A DNA stretch of 64,000 nt from Thalia democratica (taxonomy: Eukaryota), in the NCBI GenBank assembly GCA_965202585.1, contig OZ241830.1:70122001-70186000 (forward strand). Direction: 5' to 3'. Under the pieces are notes generated by a model. It searched no databases. It was given only the letters and a program-made list of their open reading frames with translations, and had not been told where the DNA came from. Below, piece by piece: positions 12,688-27,600 of this stretch (position 1 is its first letter; each line of letters starts with the position of its first letter). A program made the position numbers and the translations under genes.

Positions 12688-14579
12688 AGTAGAAAAGTAT
12701 TTTTTGTTGTAAGCCCGAAATTATCGTATTAAAACAAGATGCAGCTTAGATGGAGGTTTGAAAAAACATTGTTTATAATACTTAAGCTATGAATATTTAA
12801 ACTGCTATAAAAGTTCCGATTAATGCTGTTTTCTTTTTTATCTATGAATAATACTTTAATAAGTAAAACTTAAAGCACTTTAATAAACACTTTATTTTTT
12901 TGAATATTAATCTTCTAAAACTATTTCAATTTAAATACAAGCTTGATTGATGTTCCATTGAAAACACTTCAATACTTATCAACTGCTTTAGAAAAAACTA
13001 ATAAAAAATGTACGAAAAGAACAACGCTATGTTTCACACGAAATTACAGGGAAAACTACCAAAAAACTATTAAAATTGACCCCCACTTTTTAAGTAGAGT
13101 TTCTTTTGACAGAAATGAATGTTTAATAGGCAGCCGGCTTAAAGGTCTTAATTCTGTTTAAAAAACTTTGCTGCAAACTTATAATAAACAATTTAAAAGG
13201 CTACCTAACAGTTGGGTAATATTTAAACACTTGGTAGGTTCTGCATAAGTTAAATACAAATTTGTTAAGTTTAAAGATGCGTTTGTATAGTAAACTAAGT
13301 CATCATATTTTAAAATTAGCATATTTATTAACATAAAAATACACATGTATATACTTTAATGATAATATTGAGCTAGAACACAGCTTGTATCTAGAATAGA
13401 AAATAAAGACATGTAAATAAATTATAGTTCCTTATTAGGGTAGTCAGTAAATATAATCAAAACTTGAAAGTTATGTGTGGTAAGGCTATTAACTTTAAAT
13501 TCTTTTTTTAAAGCTCTGATGATTATTTATGAAAATTATATGTTAGAGTTCTAGTTGTATGTTGACTGTATGGCAACTGACTCTCACTGTTTAATTTTAA
13601 CTGCAATAAGTAAGTCCACAATCTAAAAGTATTCTAATAAGCTCGATGACAAAGATAGCTGATGACAGGTCGTTAAAGCGTTCAATTTCAAATTTCTTGA
13701 ATCCAAATTTGTAAACATACTATTATTTTTTCTAAAGCTGGTCCAACAACGGAATGTTTTCAATTTAGAAATGGAATAATAATTACTAAATGAGGTTCCG
13801 TTACACTATTTTCATAATCATATGCCAAGTAAAAAAAAACATTAATAAATACTTTAGATAATAATAAAAACAAAAACAAATGCTACTTTTGCCAACCAAA
13901 AAATGTGAATCGCATCTGCAAAAATTCTTAAATATTGTAATAACCCATTGAAAATCGGTGCAATTTTGTTTTATAACTTAATGTCTGGATGGTAAACATG
14001 ATAACAGTCATCCAATTATAGTTTTGTGCCCTTTTGCTTTAAGTTAAAATTGTACTTAAAATTAAAGATTAAAAATTAGCGATGTATGATAACCTTGCCA
14101 ACTTGTTTTAGTTTGACAATATGGAGTTTAAACAGTTTCCATACTAATGAACACTAATACATGCCTGCTTACGGTGACAACTCTACATAAAAGTATCCAC
14201 AATCAAACGTTATTTGCAGCTTAAATTAAAAACAAACATTTGACTATGGATGATAAGTTTCTATTAATTATTGCTACTTCGACTAAAAGTACAAGATTAA
14301 TAACTGTATAAAAATATTTGCTGGCACCACGTATAAAAATAATTTTAAGTTTTTAAGTAGTTAAACTTATATTGATTTTATAAAACCTTTTTTTTTAAAT
14401 TCTATTTTTTATACTGTATATTTCGATAAAATAAATAGTTAGCGGAATTTTATGAAAATAGTTTTGTTTTGTATTAACTATCTTTTCTGTTTCAAAAATT
14501 TTAATCTTTAAAATTTTTACTACTCAATTTTTCCATACTTTTCAGATATTTTGCTTTTAACACGATAGCAAAAAGCCAT

Positions 14580-14780
14580 ACAAACCACATTTTGCATTAG
14601 ACTCAGTAATTATCAATCCGCAAAAAGCAAACAGAATACATTAATGCACTTAATTACATTCGAGTTGATATGTTGCTTGGTGATATGTTGCTTAGTAACC
14701 GCGATGCTCGTTGCCATGCAAAATTAACTTGCGGCTATCACCATGAAATTTTGTACGCTTGATCAAGCGTTAATAACATT
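14580..14780 (+). promoter_or_regulatory. Conserved element E1 with clustered RFX X-box-like sites (other copies 45360-45620, 55460-55660)
   Basis: GTTGCTTGGTGAT 14672, GTTGCTTAGTAAC 14687, GTTGCCATGCAAA 14710; the first two are invariant in all three copies. Confidence 0.6.
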
Positions 14781-16809
14781 TTTGTTTTTATTTTTAACAT
14801 CTCAACCAGTTTGCTTTTTAATACAATTTTGTATTATTTCATTTTTGTTTTGTTACATGTAGCAATACGGTTACAAACTTTCTGTCAAACATCTGAAGTC
14901 TGCAATGATCTTGCAATAAAGCTTACTTGTTTTTGTAGTTTTGTGTTCAAACATGCACGTTAATCTTAAATTTTTTTATTGAAAATGTTTCTATCGACTT
15001 AGTTCAACTTTATCAATTTATATCAAACTTCTTGTTTTAAAAGTATTTTGTATACTTTTGCCAACTCTTATGAATAAAAAACAGATATAGCAGCAAATTA
15101 TCGACGTAGTTAATTTTACAAAGACCCTAATTTATATTTAAATTAAAACCCTTAAAGTCGTTCATTTTTCTGGAGATTTTAGATTTAAATAGTAGAAAAG
15201 GTTGTTGTAGCATTAGCTGAAAACTTCGTTACTAAAGTGTTTAAATATAAATTTAATTGGCTACGTAGTCGACTAACTTCAACAGTTCAAAAAAAATCTA
15301 AAGTACATATAAAAATATGATATTTTTGGAAAAAACTTTTATTTCCGAATAAAAGCTCTAAATACTAAACTTATACTATGTTGCTAAATTCTTTTAATTC
15401 TAATAAGTTTTAATGTAACTTTTATGTTGTTTATCAAAAAATTTTTAACGCATATCTTGTAATACTAATAAACAAATCTCAAATAAAGAAAACTGTATTC
15501 AAACGTATACTTGTCAATTTAAAACGTATATTTGTCAAATTTACTGTCAAGTTTTTAGCATTTAGGTTTCTACTAGAATCAGAAAAAAGCTTTCTTTGTT
15601 TTAGTAAGGAATAAATGATAAATTGATATAAAATACTTACCCAAAAACACTGACTTAAATTAATTCTGATCTTAAGATCTGTTCAAGCATTCAACATATC
15701 TTTTAAACTTAAAAAACTGTTTGTGACTTACCACTACATCAAAATATTTATCTTGCGGTTATCAGTCGCCATCTTAGACATTGAAACTTTACATTGAGGA
15801 AGCAAAAAAAAAGCGTGGCGCCAATTAATTTTTAATGAAGATAGTTTGTCCTTTTTTTTGAGCCATCAATCTTCAAAGTAACACAACAGAAGAGTCTAAG
15901 ACGACAACTAATAAGAAACTCATGCAGTTTCGAGGGTAGAAAACTTTGTTAACACTTTTAGATTTGTCATTTTAGCTGCAATTATGATTAACTTGCTTTG
16001 CATTTGGAAGTAGAAGTTTGTGCTGGGTTCAAAATAAGATGAACAAAACGCATAAATTTTTTCTTTATTACTTTTGTTTAAGTATTTAAAACACACTATT
16101 TATATTCCTTAAAAATGAATTCTTAAATGGTGTTTTAAATACTGCCTCTAGTTTAACCCGTGAAAGCACATCGTCAAAAACTAAAGAACATCTTTTACGT
16201 TAATTACTTGTCTCATCGCAAGTGTACTGAAGGTTAGCAGTGAAATTGAAATCTTCGTGCTTTTATTTCATGATTCATGGTTTTACTTTTGAACATGCTT
16301 TTGTCATTTTTGAATCTGTTGTAATAGTGTGTGTTAAACAATTGTTAAACAAATATTTATGACAAAATATGTTTAACGCAATTTTCTCGTAACACTCAAA
16401 ACAGCCGCTAGTGAGGCGACAAGGAGCTGTAATAGAGCGAACCAAGAAAAAAAAAAGAGAAGGAGAGAAAGAATTTCAGCAAACTTTTTATTGTTACTGC
16501 TGCGTTTAGGTTTTTGTTAGAAGCGCAACAGACAAAAAATAGAGTAAAAGCTAGTAAGTGTTTGATTAAAGAAAGTTAAGTTACTGTAAGTTTTTTTTAG
16601 ATATTAGACGTTTTGTTTAATACAGTAGGTTTATTGATTTTTTTATTTAAAGCTGCACACAAAAAAAAAAGCTTAAATGTTCTTTTTTTTTATATTTCTT
16701 TTTATTGCATTTAAGGATCAATGGTCGTTTTTAAATTTAAATACATTTTTAAAACTAAACCTCGTTTTTATGTTTTTTGTGGTTGGTGGGAAATTCAAAC
16801 AAAAATAGC

Positions 16810-17160
16810 CTTTTCAAACTCGACTTTACAGCGCTACAACAGCTGTGTGTGTAAAAATGTCGTACATAAAAGAAATACACGCGAAATATTACACCCAACA
16901 GAATTTGTTGTGTAAATACGGGTTAAAATGGCGGCTTCAACTTAATCAAGCCTTGAAATATGTGGTGACGTAATAAAGAAAAAGAGGTTAGGTGATGATG
17001 TTTTTGAAATTTAATAAAACCCTGAACAGCTGAACAGAGGCTTTTAAGTTTATTTCTATGGAACAAGTTTATAAGTTCTCACGTTTGATTGAAGTATTTG
17101 ATGTATCAATGAGACACCTGACTTGGATAGTTAATTATTGATTTTATTGATTTGTACAGA
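16810..17160 (+). promoter_or_regulatory. Conserved element E3 (copies 57080-57440 on +, 8300-8640 on -)
   Basis: Three-way conservation with CAGCTG E-boxes, TGACGTAA and CACCTG; function inferred. Confidence 0.5.
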
Positions 17161-18879
17161 AAAGGCAAGTATGTGCTGTTCATTGCGGTTTGTATCTAAT
17201 CAAGGTACTGATCAAATATATATTTATACAATTAACTAAAATGCAGATTTGAAATAGTTGTTTTCAAAAGTAAGTTGTATAGAATTGTCAATTAATTTTA
17301 ACTCAAAATACTATGCTAAACAAAAAGCTAATTAAACTCTTACATTGATATATTGTTTTTAAATAAAACAGTAACTACGTAATCATTTACAAAATGGCTT
17401 GCGAAACAAGTATGCAATTTACTAGATTTATAGTTTGATGAAAAATCTATGCTATACTTATTTAACTTGAACCATAAACTAAAATATTAACAAAAAATCG
17501 TTTGATACGTATATAATAAAGAGAAGAATAAAAATCTTGTGGTGTTTTAACAATAAAGCTGTCCATTAAAATCACAAAATTTTAGCTTCTGTTTCTACTT
17601 GTTTATTACTCTCTGTTGTAAAGTGCTTCTTAATTGACAAAATGTTGACAATGATATTGACTAGATACGATCCTTGTTTGTGATTAGGCGAGGAAGAAAT
17701 GTTTATTTGTTTTTATTTAACTCGCAGTTTGTTAAAGTTTTCTGTGTTTGTTATAAACGCTCATAGCTCAAAAGTAGTCAGTATGCTCTTTACAGAAAAA
17801 ACTGACGCTGATTTTGAAGGTAACACAAACTTATTGTTTTTAACAACACAACACGGTAGCGACAGTTTAAAACTTTCTAAAAGTGTTTTTTAAAAACGTT
17901 TCTGAATCTTATGTTTTCTTGCGGGAATATAAGAAGCGCGACAAAATCGGTAAACAATCTGCTTTGATTTACCAATACATTTTATCATAACAGAAAACTG
18001 CCTGGTGATCCCACACATACTGTGAGCGCGTTTGTGTAGTGATAAAATGAAAAAATAATACGGATTCCAACCAAAGCTTTGATCACAGAAAGTGTTTTAC
18101 TGTAAAACTTTTTAAACTATTATTAACAATGCAGTTTTTAATGTGGTTGGGTTAACCTGTATGTACAAAATTTTTCAGATTTGAAACAAAAGAAAACATA
18201 AGCTCTTAAAGTCTAATATCAATCTATGCTTTTGTGGCAACAATATTCAGCTTAAAATAAACAAAACTTTCTTTTCTAGGATAAAAATAAGGTGTTAGAA
18301 AAATGATTTGTTAAGTTTTCAGTCACCAATTGACCCGTATTGGAAGTTATATGAAGTTATAAATACTTCAGCAAAATTACTTTAATAAAGTTAATTGAAT
18401 AATTAGTTTTACTTTCACTGCAAGATAAACGTAGTCACATTTTGAACATAAATAGTTTTTAAAAAAATATCTTATGATTAATTACAATTAAATAGGTATT
18501 TATAAAAGAATTATATACATAGTTTTAAATGCAATTAGAAAAAAACTTTTACACCCTGGTGTTAAAACATACAGTTTACTTTGAAATTTACATTTATTAC
18601 ATGAATTAAAAAAAAATTAACACAAAGTATTTGCTATTTATTGTTTGAATATTTGTGTTGTTGTATAAAAAATAATTCTTACAAAAATTATATCAGAAAA
18701 AACATGAATCTAAGTATGTATGCTTTCGCAATTTATTCTTCTTGAGTTTAATAGAAATGTAGGTTTATAAGTAGTAAGTGTAAGACAGCACTGCATAGTT
18801 TAAATTAAAAAATTGAAAAGCTTATATTAAAAATAGTATTTTTAAATTTTCGTTTAAAGCAATGTAAAAAACGCGAAAC

Positions 18880-19060
18880 AGATAAAAACAAGTTTGCAGT
18901 ATTGAAATCAATGATGAGTTGGCAAGCTAAAATGCAAAACAGACATTTTAGTTACATTTTACACGTGTTTTCATTCAAACGTTCTGACCATCAAACATCA
19001 ATCAATTTTACGTCAGAATCGCAAACGAAAATAGAAAGCGGCGTTATTACGTCATAGAGT
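18880..19060 (+). promoter_or_regulatory. Conserved element E4 (copies 58780-58950 on +, 6330-6510 on -)
   Basis: Three-way conservation with a CACGTG E-box and TTACGTCA sites. Confidence 0.5.
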
Positions 19061-20889
19061 GTACAGTTTGCCATCTATAGCAAAGTAAGTTTGTGGCTGT
19101 CTTGTTTACTTCTGCTTGTTCTAAAGCATTCTTAGCAAAGTGTTATTCTGCCGATTACGCTTAAAACTTTTATAGAAATTCTGGAAGCTTGTTAGTCGCC
19201 ACTCGTGTCTAGAAAGATTCAGCTGTTTCAATTTAAATCGTATCATTTTTATGCGGACTAAAGTTAAGATTGTTACTTTGATTTAAAAGTATTTGGGTTA
19301 CTCTTTTAAGACGGTTAATCTTTTATTTTTGTGATCTAAACCCGTATTTCAATTTTTGGAGCTATTATAAGTACTATAAGAAATTAGCGATAACATCGTT
19401 TTAACTGTTTAAATTTATATGTTACATTTATTAAGGCCTTTTCAAATATAAACAACTTATATACCAGCTGTTCGTATTTAGGAAGTGCGTACCTAGTTGG
19501 CAGGTTTACTGTCTTTAAGTTTAAATTTATATTTTACATTCGTTTTATTAAGGCTTAAAAATAACGGTATAATATCTTTTTGAATATAAACTGCTTGTAA
19601 AACTAAAGACTTTAATTGTTTTATTACCCTAATAGAAACGGAATAAAATTATATCATATTTGCGATAATATAAATATAAGTGATATCGCTTAAAAACTTT
19701 TTATTGCGGATATTTACACAAAATAAAAACCAATATATTCTCTTCAAATTTCACAATCCAACTAGATAAAATTGTAATGTAAATTATTGTTTCAGAGTTT
19801 AGAAAATGATAAAAAGGTTGTTGTATTTCTTATTTTTTGCAAACATGACCTACTAATCTATAACAATTTTTTAAAAAATAGTTAAGTGTTGCTTATAAAC
19901 TGACATTAAACTAATTATAATATTTTGTTTTTTATATAAAACTAGTGTATAGTGCTCTAAAAAACAAAATAAATTAAATTACATATTAGATAAAACACAT
20001 ATATAGTCAATAGTCTGTACTTTATTTTTATTAAAAGGTAATGACTGTTTTATCTAGTATATACTTAAAAAATTAGAACAAGGTTTTCATAGTACAGTGC
20101 TTCCTCGCTTTCTGGTCTTCGCTTTTTCAGCTCCTTGCTAATCCGGCAGGCTTTGACTGAAAGGTAGATTTGTCTAATTCAGCTAAAGCCATGTTTTATT
20201 AAAGTTATGTTTCTAATATTATTTTTATAAATAAACATGCAGTTTATACTTCCGTCATAATTCTAATGTATTTAACAAAGTTTTGTTTCGTTTATTTTCG
20301 TCGATTTAATTGCTTTTTTCATTAAACAACTAAATCAAAATAAGTTAACGGAAAATTTAGTGTGCGTCTTGTTGTACGCACTTTTTAATTTGAATGGATA
20401 GATAACTAATAAAAAAAAAAACTATTTGTTTTTATTCGGCCAAAGGCTAATCGGGCTATTATTTTTAAGCTTGCCTAACGTAGCCGGATAATCGAGAACG
20501 TTCCTTATTAGCATATTATTACTGCTGAGAGTTACTATCGATCAAATAATGTCAATGAAAACAGGTTTTATTTTAGATTACTCTTTAGTATTGTAAAACA
20601 ATTATTCAATAACATTTAAAAAATTACTGTTATGGTTTTTAGCTTTTCAATACATTGTAAAATAACTTTTTGTTAAACTTTTAATACACAAACTGGAAAC
20701 TGAAAATAAAACTGTATTTCATCAACTTTTTCAAATCTACAAAAAAAACTATAAAAAATACCATGATTTGACACAATTCAACAAAGCTTTAAGCTGTCTA
20801 TTACATCATCATACTCGTAATACTACAACACTTATTTTGTTTATTACGTCGCATTTTTATATTCTACTTTCATGGCAATAATTCAAATA

Positions 20890-21050
20890 TAGAGCGACTG
20901 ATTGCTAACAGCAACGCGTTTCAATGCAGATTTAACACATGATTGCACACCGTTGCGCTACCGTTAAGCATGAATCAATCACATTTTGAAAATATTTCAA
21001 AGCGTGTGACTTGACACAGCAATTACTACTTTCGCATCATCTGGGCGGGT
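20890..21050 (+). promoter_or_regulatory. Conserved element E5 (copies 60810-60970 on +, 4850-4980 on -)
   Basis: Three-way conservation; inverted TTGC-N5-GCAAC motif. Confidence 0.5.
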
Positions 21051-23279
21051 TTACTATTAATCCTTTGTCTTGTTTTGAAAACCTGATATCAAAGTAATTT
21101 GTAAACCTTGATAGTTTCACAAAATAAATGCAACTGGAATATATGAAAAAAAATTAGTTTACTTGTTAAACAATTGAATAAACTAAAGTTGTCTTTTACT
21201 AATTAAACATTGTACTTGCATTGTGTTCAAAGCTTCAAGTGAAGTTCTATTTATAGCTTCTAACCATATTGTTCTCTCACAGGAAGTAACAATTAACTGC
21301 AATTTATTAATCCAATTAAAATTTACAGACTCGGAATTCTATCTGTATGTGAACATTGTATTAAAGATTGTGCATGTGCTGAAATTTAAACAGTTATAAT
21401 GTCCTAGCTCGCTTGCTTATGAGTCATATCGGCTTACTAACAACTTAAAAGGAAATTACAAATAGTTATAAATAAACACATACAAATAAGTTTAAGTAAT
21501 TTTGTTTTTAGATATTATTTGAAACACATATAGTTATTTAGTTAAGCATTTTACTAAGGTTTGAAAAAAAAAAACTGATAAAAGTACCTACGAACAGTTA
21601 TAACAGAATTATTTACATTATTATTTTTTGTGTATACGGTATAACAATTAAGGCTTTAATATGATATAAAATTTAAGTAAAAAAATATAGTGATGCTTGT
21701 GAATTGACAGGAAAATACCTTAAAATAAAGTTTTTTATTGGAAAAAAACTTAAAACCACACGATATGAAAGATTAATCGCGAAATATTTTGGCATGCAAA
21801 ATGTAGTGGATATATGTATACTTCGTGTTATTTGGAACAAAAGAAGGAAGTGTTTGCTGTTTTGTTTTAATTATAGATCTATTAATCTCCATATTTCAAT
21901 TAAATATTTCAAAAGTAAAATGAATAGATCTTAGAAGATTTTATGTTTGCAATTTGTTTTAATAAGTTTTTAACTGAAAACTTAGTATACAACTTGACAT
22001 GTTTAGAATGGCACAAAACTTTAGAAGTACTTTTTTAGTGAAAATTGTTAAAAAAAACGTTTATTTCTGAAACTTAATCATTCTGTTATAAACATTGAGA
22101 ATATTTCTAACGAAGACAACTAGAGTTTTAAAGATTTGTTTTTATCTACGACTCATAAAATATGATAAATTAGTTTTTACAGCTCTTGAAATTTAGCTTT
22201 AAAAGCACAGTCGCTAAATTAAAAACAAAAAGCTAATCATATTAAGTGGCAATAAATTTAAATTTTATTTACCTAAAAGCCGTTAATGTTTTATTACAGC
22301 AACAAATTGTAAATTAAACAAAAGACTATTTATGCTCATCAAAGTAAAAGTTGTCTTTTATTAATCAAATCTAACGAGCGCTAGCTTTACGAAACTTTCA
22401 TAGCTGTTAAATGACAAAAAATGTACATTAGTATGCAAACTAGTTAATTAGAGACAGAAAAAGGCTTTCTAAGTTCCTGATTGCCAATAAATTAAGATAA
22501 AACACATGTTGCTGAAAGATTGTTATTTTTTATGCGCAATAAAGATAATTGAAAACAAACATATTTTTACTTTGTCAGCAGGTTTTATCTAATCTCTTTT
22601 TTTATTTGCGTCTTGTACTTTTATTCCAAGAAAAAGCTACGAACCTTGAAAGCCTCTTTCTAAATTTTTATATGTTTTACGTAACAAAAGCTTTACATCA
22701 AAAGTATTTCGTTCAAAAAATAGAGAGTATTTAATTCTCGTACAAGTTAATTAAAATATTTTAATATTCAATCATGTATTTTTTTTAAAACTCTTGATTA
22801 GCCAAGTCGTCATAATCACGAATTTTTACCGATTAGCTTTCGTTATATTTACTTAGAAAATAGTATTAAAAATATTCAATCTTGCTTTATTTAAACTACC
22901 TTCTTTTTTATCCAATAGCTGTATAAATATAGGTGTAAAGTTTTTTATCGCTTATTTTTCATTGAAAATTTTCAATTCTTTTGTCCTTTTTTATTTCATG
23001 GCGCCGGTCACAAACTCTCTCAAGAATTTAATCTACAAAAGGGAGGCCCCTTACAACCACAAGCAAAAATGGAGAAAGATGTATTACTTTCAAGGGTTCT
23101 TTTCAGGATTTTACGGTTTGAAGTATTTATATAAGTGTGATGATGAGTGCGAACAGAATTGCTTGCTTAGAAGTGTATGTATTTGTGTTGTGTCAAAATT
23201 TTGTTTACTACTTTATACTTGTTTTGTTGCTTATCTTATAAGTTTTTACAACAATGGTAAGTTCTCTGTATAAACGGTA

Positions 23280-23340
23280 CCGATTGGTTGCTTGTAGCAA
23301 CAACTAATAACGAGATTGTGTTGGCAGAAAACCGTCGAAG
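23280..23340 (+). promoter_or_regulatory. Conserved element E6, about 1 kb upstream of the Islet ATG (copies 63178-63232 on +, 2730-2790 on -)
   Basis: ATTGG (CCAAT) directly followed by GTTGC-N5-GCAA in all three copies. Confidence 0.5.
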
Positions 23341-24282
23341 TTTTTAAATTTTTCTTAATAAATTTCTCCAGTGGCAGATGTGCAAATAAATAGTTATAGC
23401 AGAACCAACGTATCATTATCGTGTTTAGGAGCTATTTACCGAATTTGTTTTGATATATACTGGTTTTCAAAGACACGGGTTCAATTGGCAGTTTTGGTGA
23501 TAGAAACATTTAAAATTTACAGACTTTAATAATTAATAGTTTTTGTTACGTTTTCACAACACAATGTTGCGTTTTGAAATCTTTTACAAGTTGAGTTTCA
23601 AATGAAACTTTACTAAGAACGTAAAGTAGTAAAAAACTTAAACAACGAGGAAAAAAAAAATTTAGTTTACTAAACTTGTTGATAAGAGTTTATTTTTTAA
23701 ACCTGTTTTAAAAATGTTTTAAATATTTTAAAAACGAATGATGCTTAGACTAATTCTAATAAAACTAGCTAAAGTTTTAATCGAGTTTATGTTAAACGAG
23801 AACAAAATTAAAAACATTAATTGTATATCATTTTATTAATTATAAAAGTATTCTGTTGTAAAATAAAATTAATCTTTTGATTTATCAAATAACTTTTGTT
23901 TGCTTGAGTAAAAATATTTCATGAAAAGCAATCATGTAGCTGAACTAAGGTGTATTGATAGTATGTAATTGAATTCTGTTTGAAATGTTTTTTATTTTAG
24001 AACTTTTTATCAAAACCGCTGAATATTTAACATTTTTGATTTTTCAGTTCTAAATAAACTGATTAAAAAGTGTACTATCAACTAGACAAAACTTGTAAAT
24101 AATTATAAGAAACCAGCTTTTTTTTTTCGTACTTGTGTCGTTATAGGAGATAAAAAGTAAAGAAATTGTAAAATGAATAACAAGTTGATTTACTTGTAAA
24201 GCGCAAAGTAGTCTGCAAACTTAACATCGTTTTTTAGCTTATATTAAAATTATCTTAAAACTTGTCAAAATTGACCAAACGT

Positions 24283-24303
24283 ATGTCATCAAATCGGGCG
24301 TGA
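24283..24303 (+). other. Possible uORF (MSSNRA-stop) ending 1 nt before the Islet B ATG
   Basis: atg tca tca aat cgg gcg tga g ATG. Confidence 0.35.
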
Positions 24304-24304
24304 G

Positions 24305-24602
24305 ATGAAAACCTCTCAGCAGATGGTCCAATTGACAAGAAGCCTTCCACCTTGTCAGAAACCACCAGAAAGTCAGGACATTTTTGATTGGAATAATTTT
24401 GACGACTACTCGGTGGGCAGCAGTTCCCAGGGCTACTTCTCACCTGAGTACCAAGAAGGGGGAAACACCGGAAGCGAGATGAGTTTTCACTCAAACCAGG
24501 AACAAGTTTTGAACCGGGGGATGACCCCAATGTCGAGCGGGTCAAGTCAGATTATGATGAATGAAGATCTTAAAAATACCGACACACTAAAAAATAAAAG
24601 AG
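24305..24602 (+). CDS. isl: Islet B exon 1 (99-aa Ser/acidic N-terminal region)
   Basis: ORF MKTSQQ...KNKR; donor G|gtgagt at 24603; phase 1 matches exon 2. Confidence 0.8.
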
Positions 24603-27600
24603 GTGAGTAATATTTATATAAAATTTTATTTTTCCGTACTTTTGATGTTTAACAAATTCAAAAATAATTAAATTGGAATGTTTGTCGTTTATGTTAATGT
24701 TTTACTTAAATGTGTTTTAAAATGAGTATCTTATATGATGAATTTACTTCAGTTGAATTTCAATACTTCAGTTGAATGCAGAACTTATCTAAATATGATT
24801 CTGAATGATCAACCTCAACAATTTAATAAAATCTTCTTAAAATTTTTTGCTAGTTACATAGCAAACTAAAATTTTAATATTTAATTTAGTATATTAAAGT
24901 ATCTAATTTCTTGTAACATAAAATTAAGTACTTTAAATATAAAAATACTAATAATTTAAAATGTCAATTTTGTCTTTTTATAACGGAAAAGTAACATCAA
25001 ATAAAAAACATTTACAAAGAACTACTAAAGTTGGTGTTCATATTGATGATTTTTATATATAATAGTTTGTTGTAAATTAAATGATAAAATACTCTTTAGG
25101 TCTTCTTACCAGGACTTGTATGAGTTGTGGTCACTTGATCCACGGTCCCTACATCAGCACCTCACATGGGGTCGACTGGCATTCAAAATGTCTCAAGTGC
25201 GCCGCATGTGGTTGCAACCTGGCTGATATGGGAACCTGCTTCATTAGGAACAACAAACCTTACTGCAAAAAAGATTATTTACAGTTTGTTTGTTTTAAAC
25301 AGTCTTGTATATAAAATCATAAACTTAAAGTTTATGTTTGCATTATTTCTAAGTTTATAATTTAACATGAGCTGATTGTATTCTAAGCTAAAAGTAAAAC
25401 ATATATAGTAATAGTTTAACAATAAAACTAATAGAAAATTTCTAAGAAATTAATTTCTAAAAATAAGTTGTTGTTAAATATGTTACAATAGAATTTATAA
25501 ATTTAATCGAAAATAAATTTCTTAATTCAACAATTATGCATGCTAAAAAATATAAAGTTGTATTCAAAAATTAATACATAAGATTATTTCTAATAATTTT
25601 ATTTTGATGACATTGATAAATTTTATAGAAAACGTAATTTTAAATATTTAATAATGACGTGTAACTTGTTAAAGAGTATTCAGCAGAAATACAAATATTA
25701 ACTTTATAACTTTGACACTGTTGATTGAAAACAATTGTTTTTAAGTTTAGTTTGTAAAATTTTTGTTTGCATAACAAAAGTAATTTAAATTTTTCCATTT
25801 GTCAAGTTGATTTCGCTTGTTGACTTAGTAAACTGTCGGTTTGATTAACTCACATGTAAATAAATACTTAAACGAAAGTATGTTGTTATATATCTTTTGA
25901 ATCAGTTCAAGTGGTTATTAAAAACAAAAGCTTAAAGAAAAATTTTTTTTACTGATAAATTAATGTAAATTACTTAATAAGTTTTCTTAAACAACAAGTT
26001 TCACTAAAGAAAGAAGGGTTTATATGTAATAAAAGCTAACTGTAACAAAACTTTGATATTTTGAATATTATAATTTTTGACTTTTGTTTTGATAAGAACT
26101 GACTTTATTTTAATTTTACACGTAAGTTCTAAACTTATTCATAAAAATAATATTGACAAAGTGATTAGGCAAAGCAGGCGGTTAAAATCAATAACTTTAA
26201 ATTAGTTTGCCACTAATTAACCTTTTGTGCTTATGCTTAAGTATTATTTTTTATAAATAACTAAATATAGAATGCAAGAATTCACACTTTTAAGTGTGTA
26301 ATCGCAAAATATTAATTTAATTACTTTCATACATGTATAAAAACTTTGTGGATATTTAATTTCTTCGAGCTTTTGTAAATCATTTATGCATGTTAAGTGT
26401 TATCAAAAAAAAGTTTAAACATAAGCAGTGTATCTTTAATCTTTTTTTATACTTGGCAATTTAAATAACATTAAAAAGGTTAAAGAAAATGGTTGGTTTT
26501 TTAATTAAAGTTTTGAGTACTTTGGACTTGATCGCACTTAATAATCATCTATTAAAAATGTTTTTTAAGAAAAAAATAATTATGTAGCATCATTATTAAG
26601 CTCATAAATTTTTTTTTCGGCATAAAAAACTCGAAAGCGCATTACAATAACCTTTGAAAACGGACTTACCATAGTTTTAATTATTCAGTTATCGAAAATA
26701 ATCATTTTTGTTTTTGATTACTAACTGCTTATTAAGTTGTCAATACTAATTATAATTTACAGCATCTACTACCCAACTAAGAAGTTTTGAGTTAAACCTA
26801 AAGTTTTTCAAAGTTTGTTTTAATGAAAATAATATTATATGAAAAATAAATACTTTATGCTGTCTAAAATGATTTTTAGTTGTACACCTTACACTTTTCA
26901 CTTTTCTTAATCAAAACTTTAATGCAGTAATCATAGACATATGTAAACATATGACAAAGGTAACGGAATTTGTTTAATGTCTAAAGATGATTATCTGAAT
27001 AAACTCAATTCTATTGTTGAAGATAAAACTAAATTCAAATTAGTAGAAAAGGAAAAAAGGAAAAACTCAAGACACCCCCTAATAAGAAGAATAGAGAATT
27101 TAAGAGAAATGATAAAAAAAAACCTTAAACCTTATGTAGACAAAAAGACATATAACAACCTTATTACAGGTGGTAACTCTACGGGCAATTTATATGGCAC
27201 GTGTAAAGTTCATAAAAAAGATTACCCATTGAGACCTATTGTATCAATGCTAAACACACCGTCATATAAATTAGCTAAGTATCTGGATGTAACAATCAAA
27301 CATCATATCCCAAAAAAGTATTGTGTAGAAAACAACAAAGAGTTTTTAGAAAAACTTTCTAAATATGAACATAAAGACGGTGATTACTGCATTAGCTTTG
27401 ACGTAGTCTAACTATTTACTAATGTACCACTAAATGAAACTTTACAGATGATTGCAAATGGAGTACGTGATAGTACCATACCACAATCAAACATGTTAAA
27501 TCTTTTAAAGTCTGTTACTCGAGGTTTGTTCCAATATGATAAGCAATTATATACACAAATAGATGGCGTAAGCATGGGAAACCCACTAGCGCCTACTATA

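Noticed and set aside
20086-20160. tacagtgcttcctcgctt, resembling a Tigger/pogo terminal repeat
   Set aside because: No partner inverted repeat found, and the C copy differs substantially
21205-21225. cattgtacttgcattg, similar to miR-33
   Set aside because: The 5' seed end is absent and no hairpin partner is visible in any copy
24255-24545. 96-aa minus-strand ORF
   Set aside because: Antisense shadow of Islet exon 1; no domain signature
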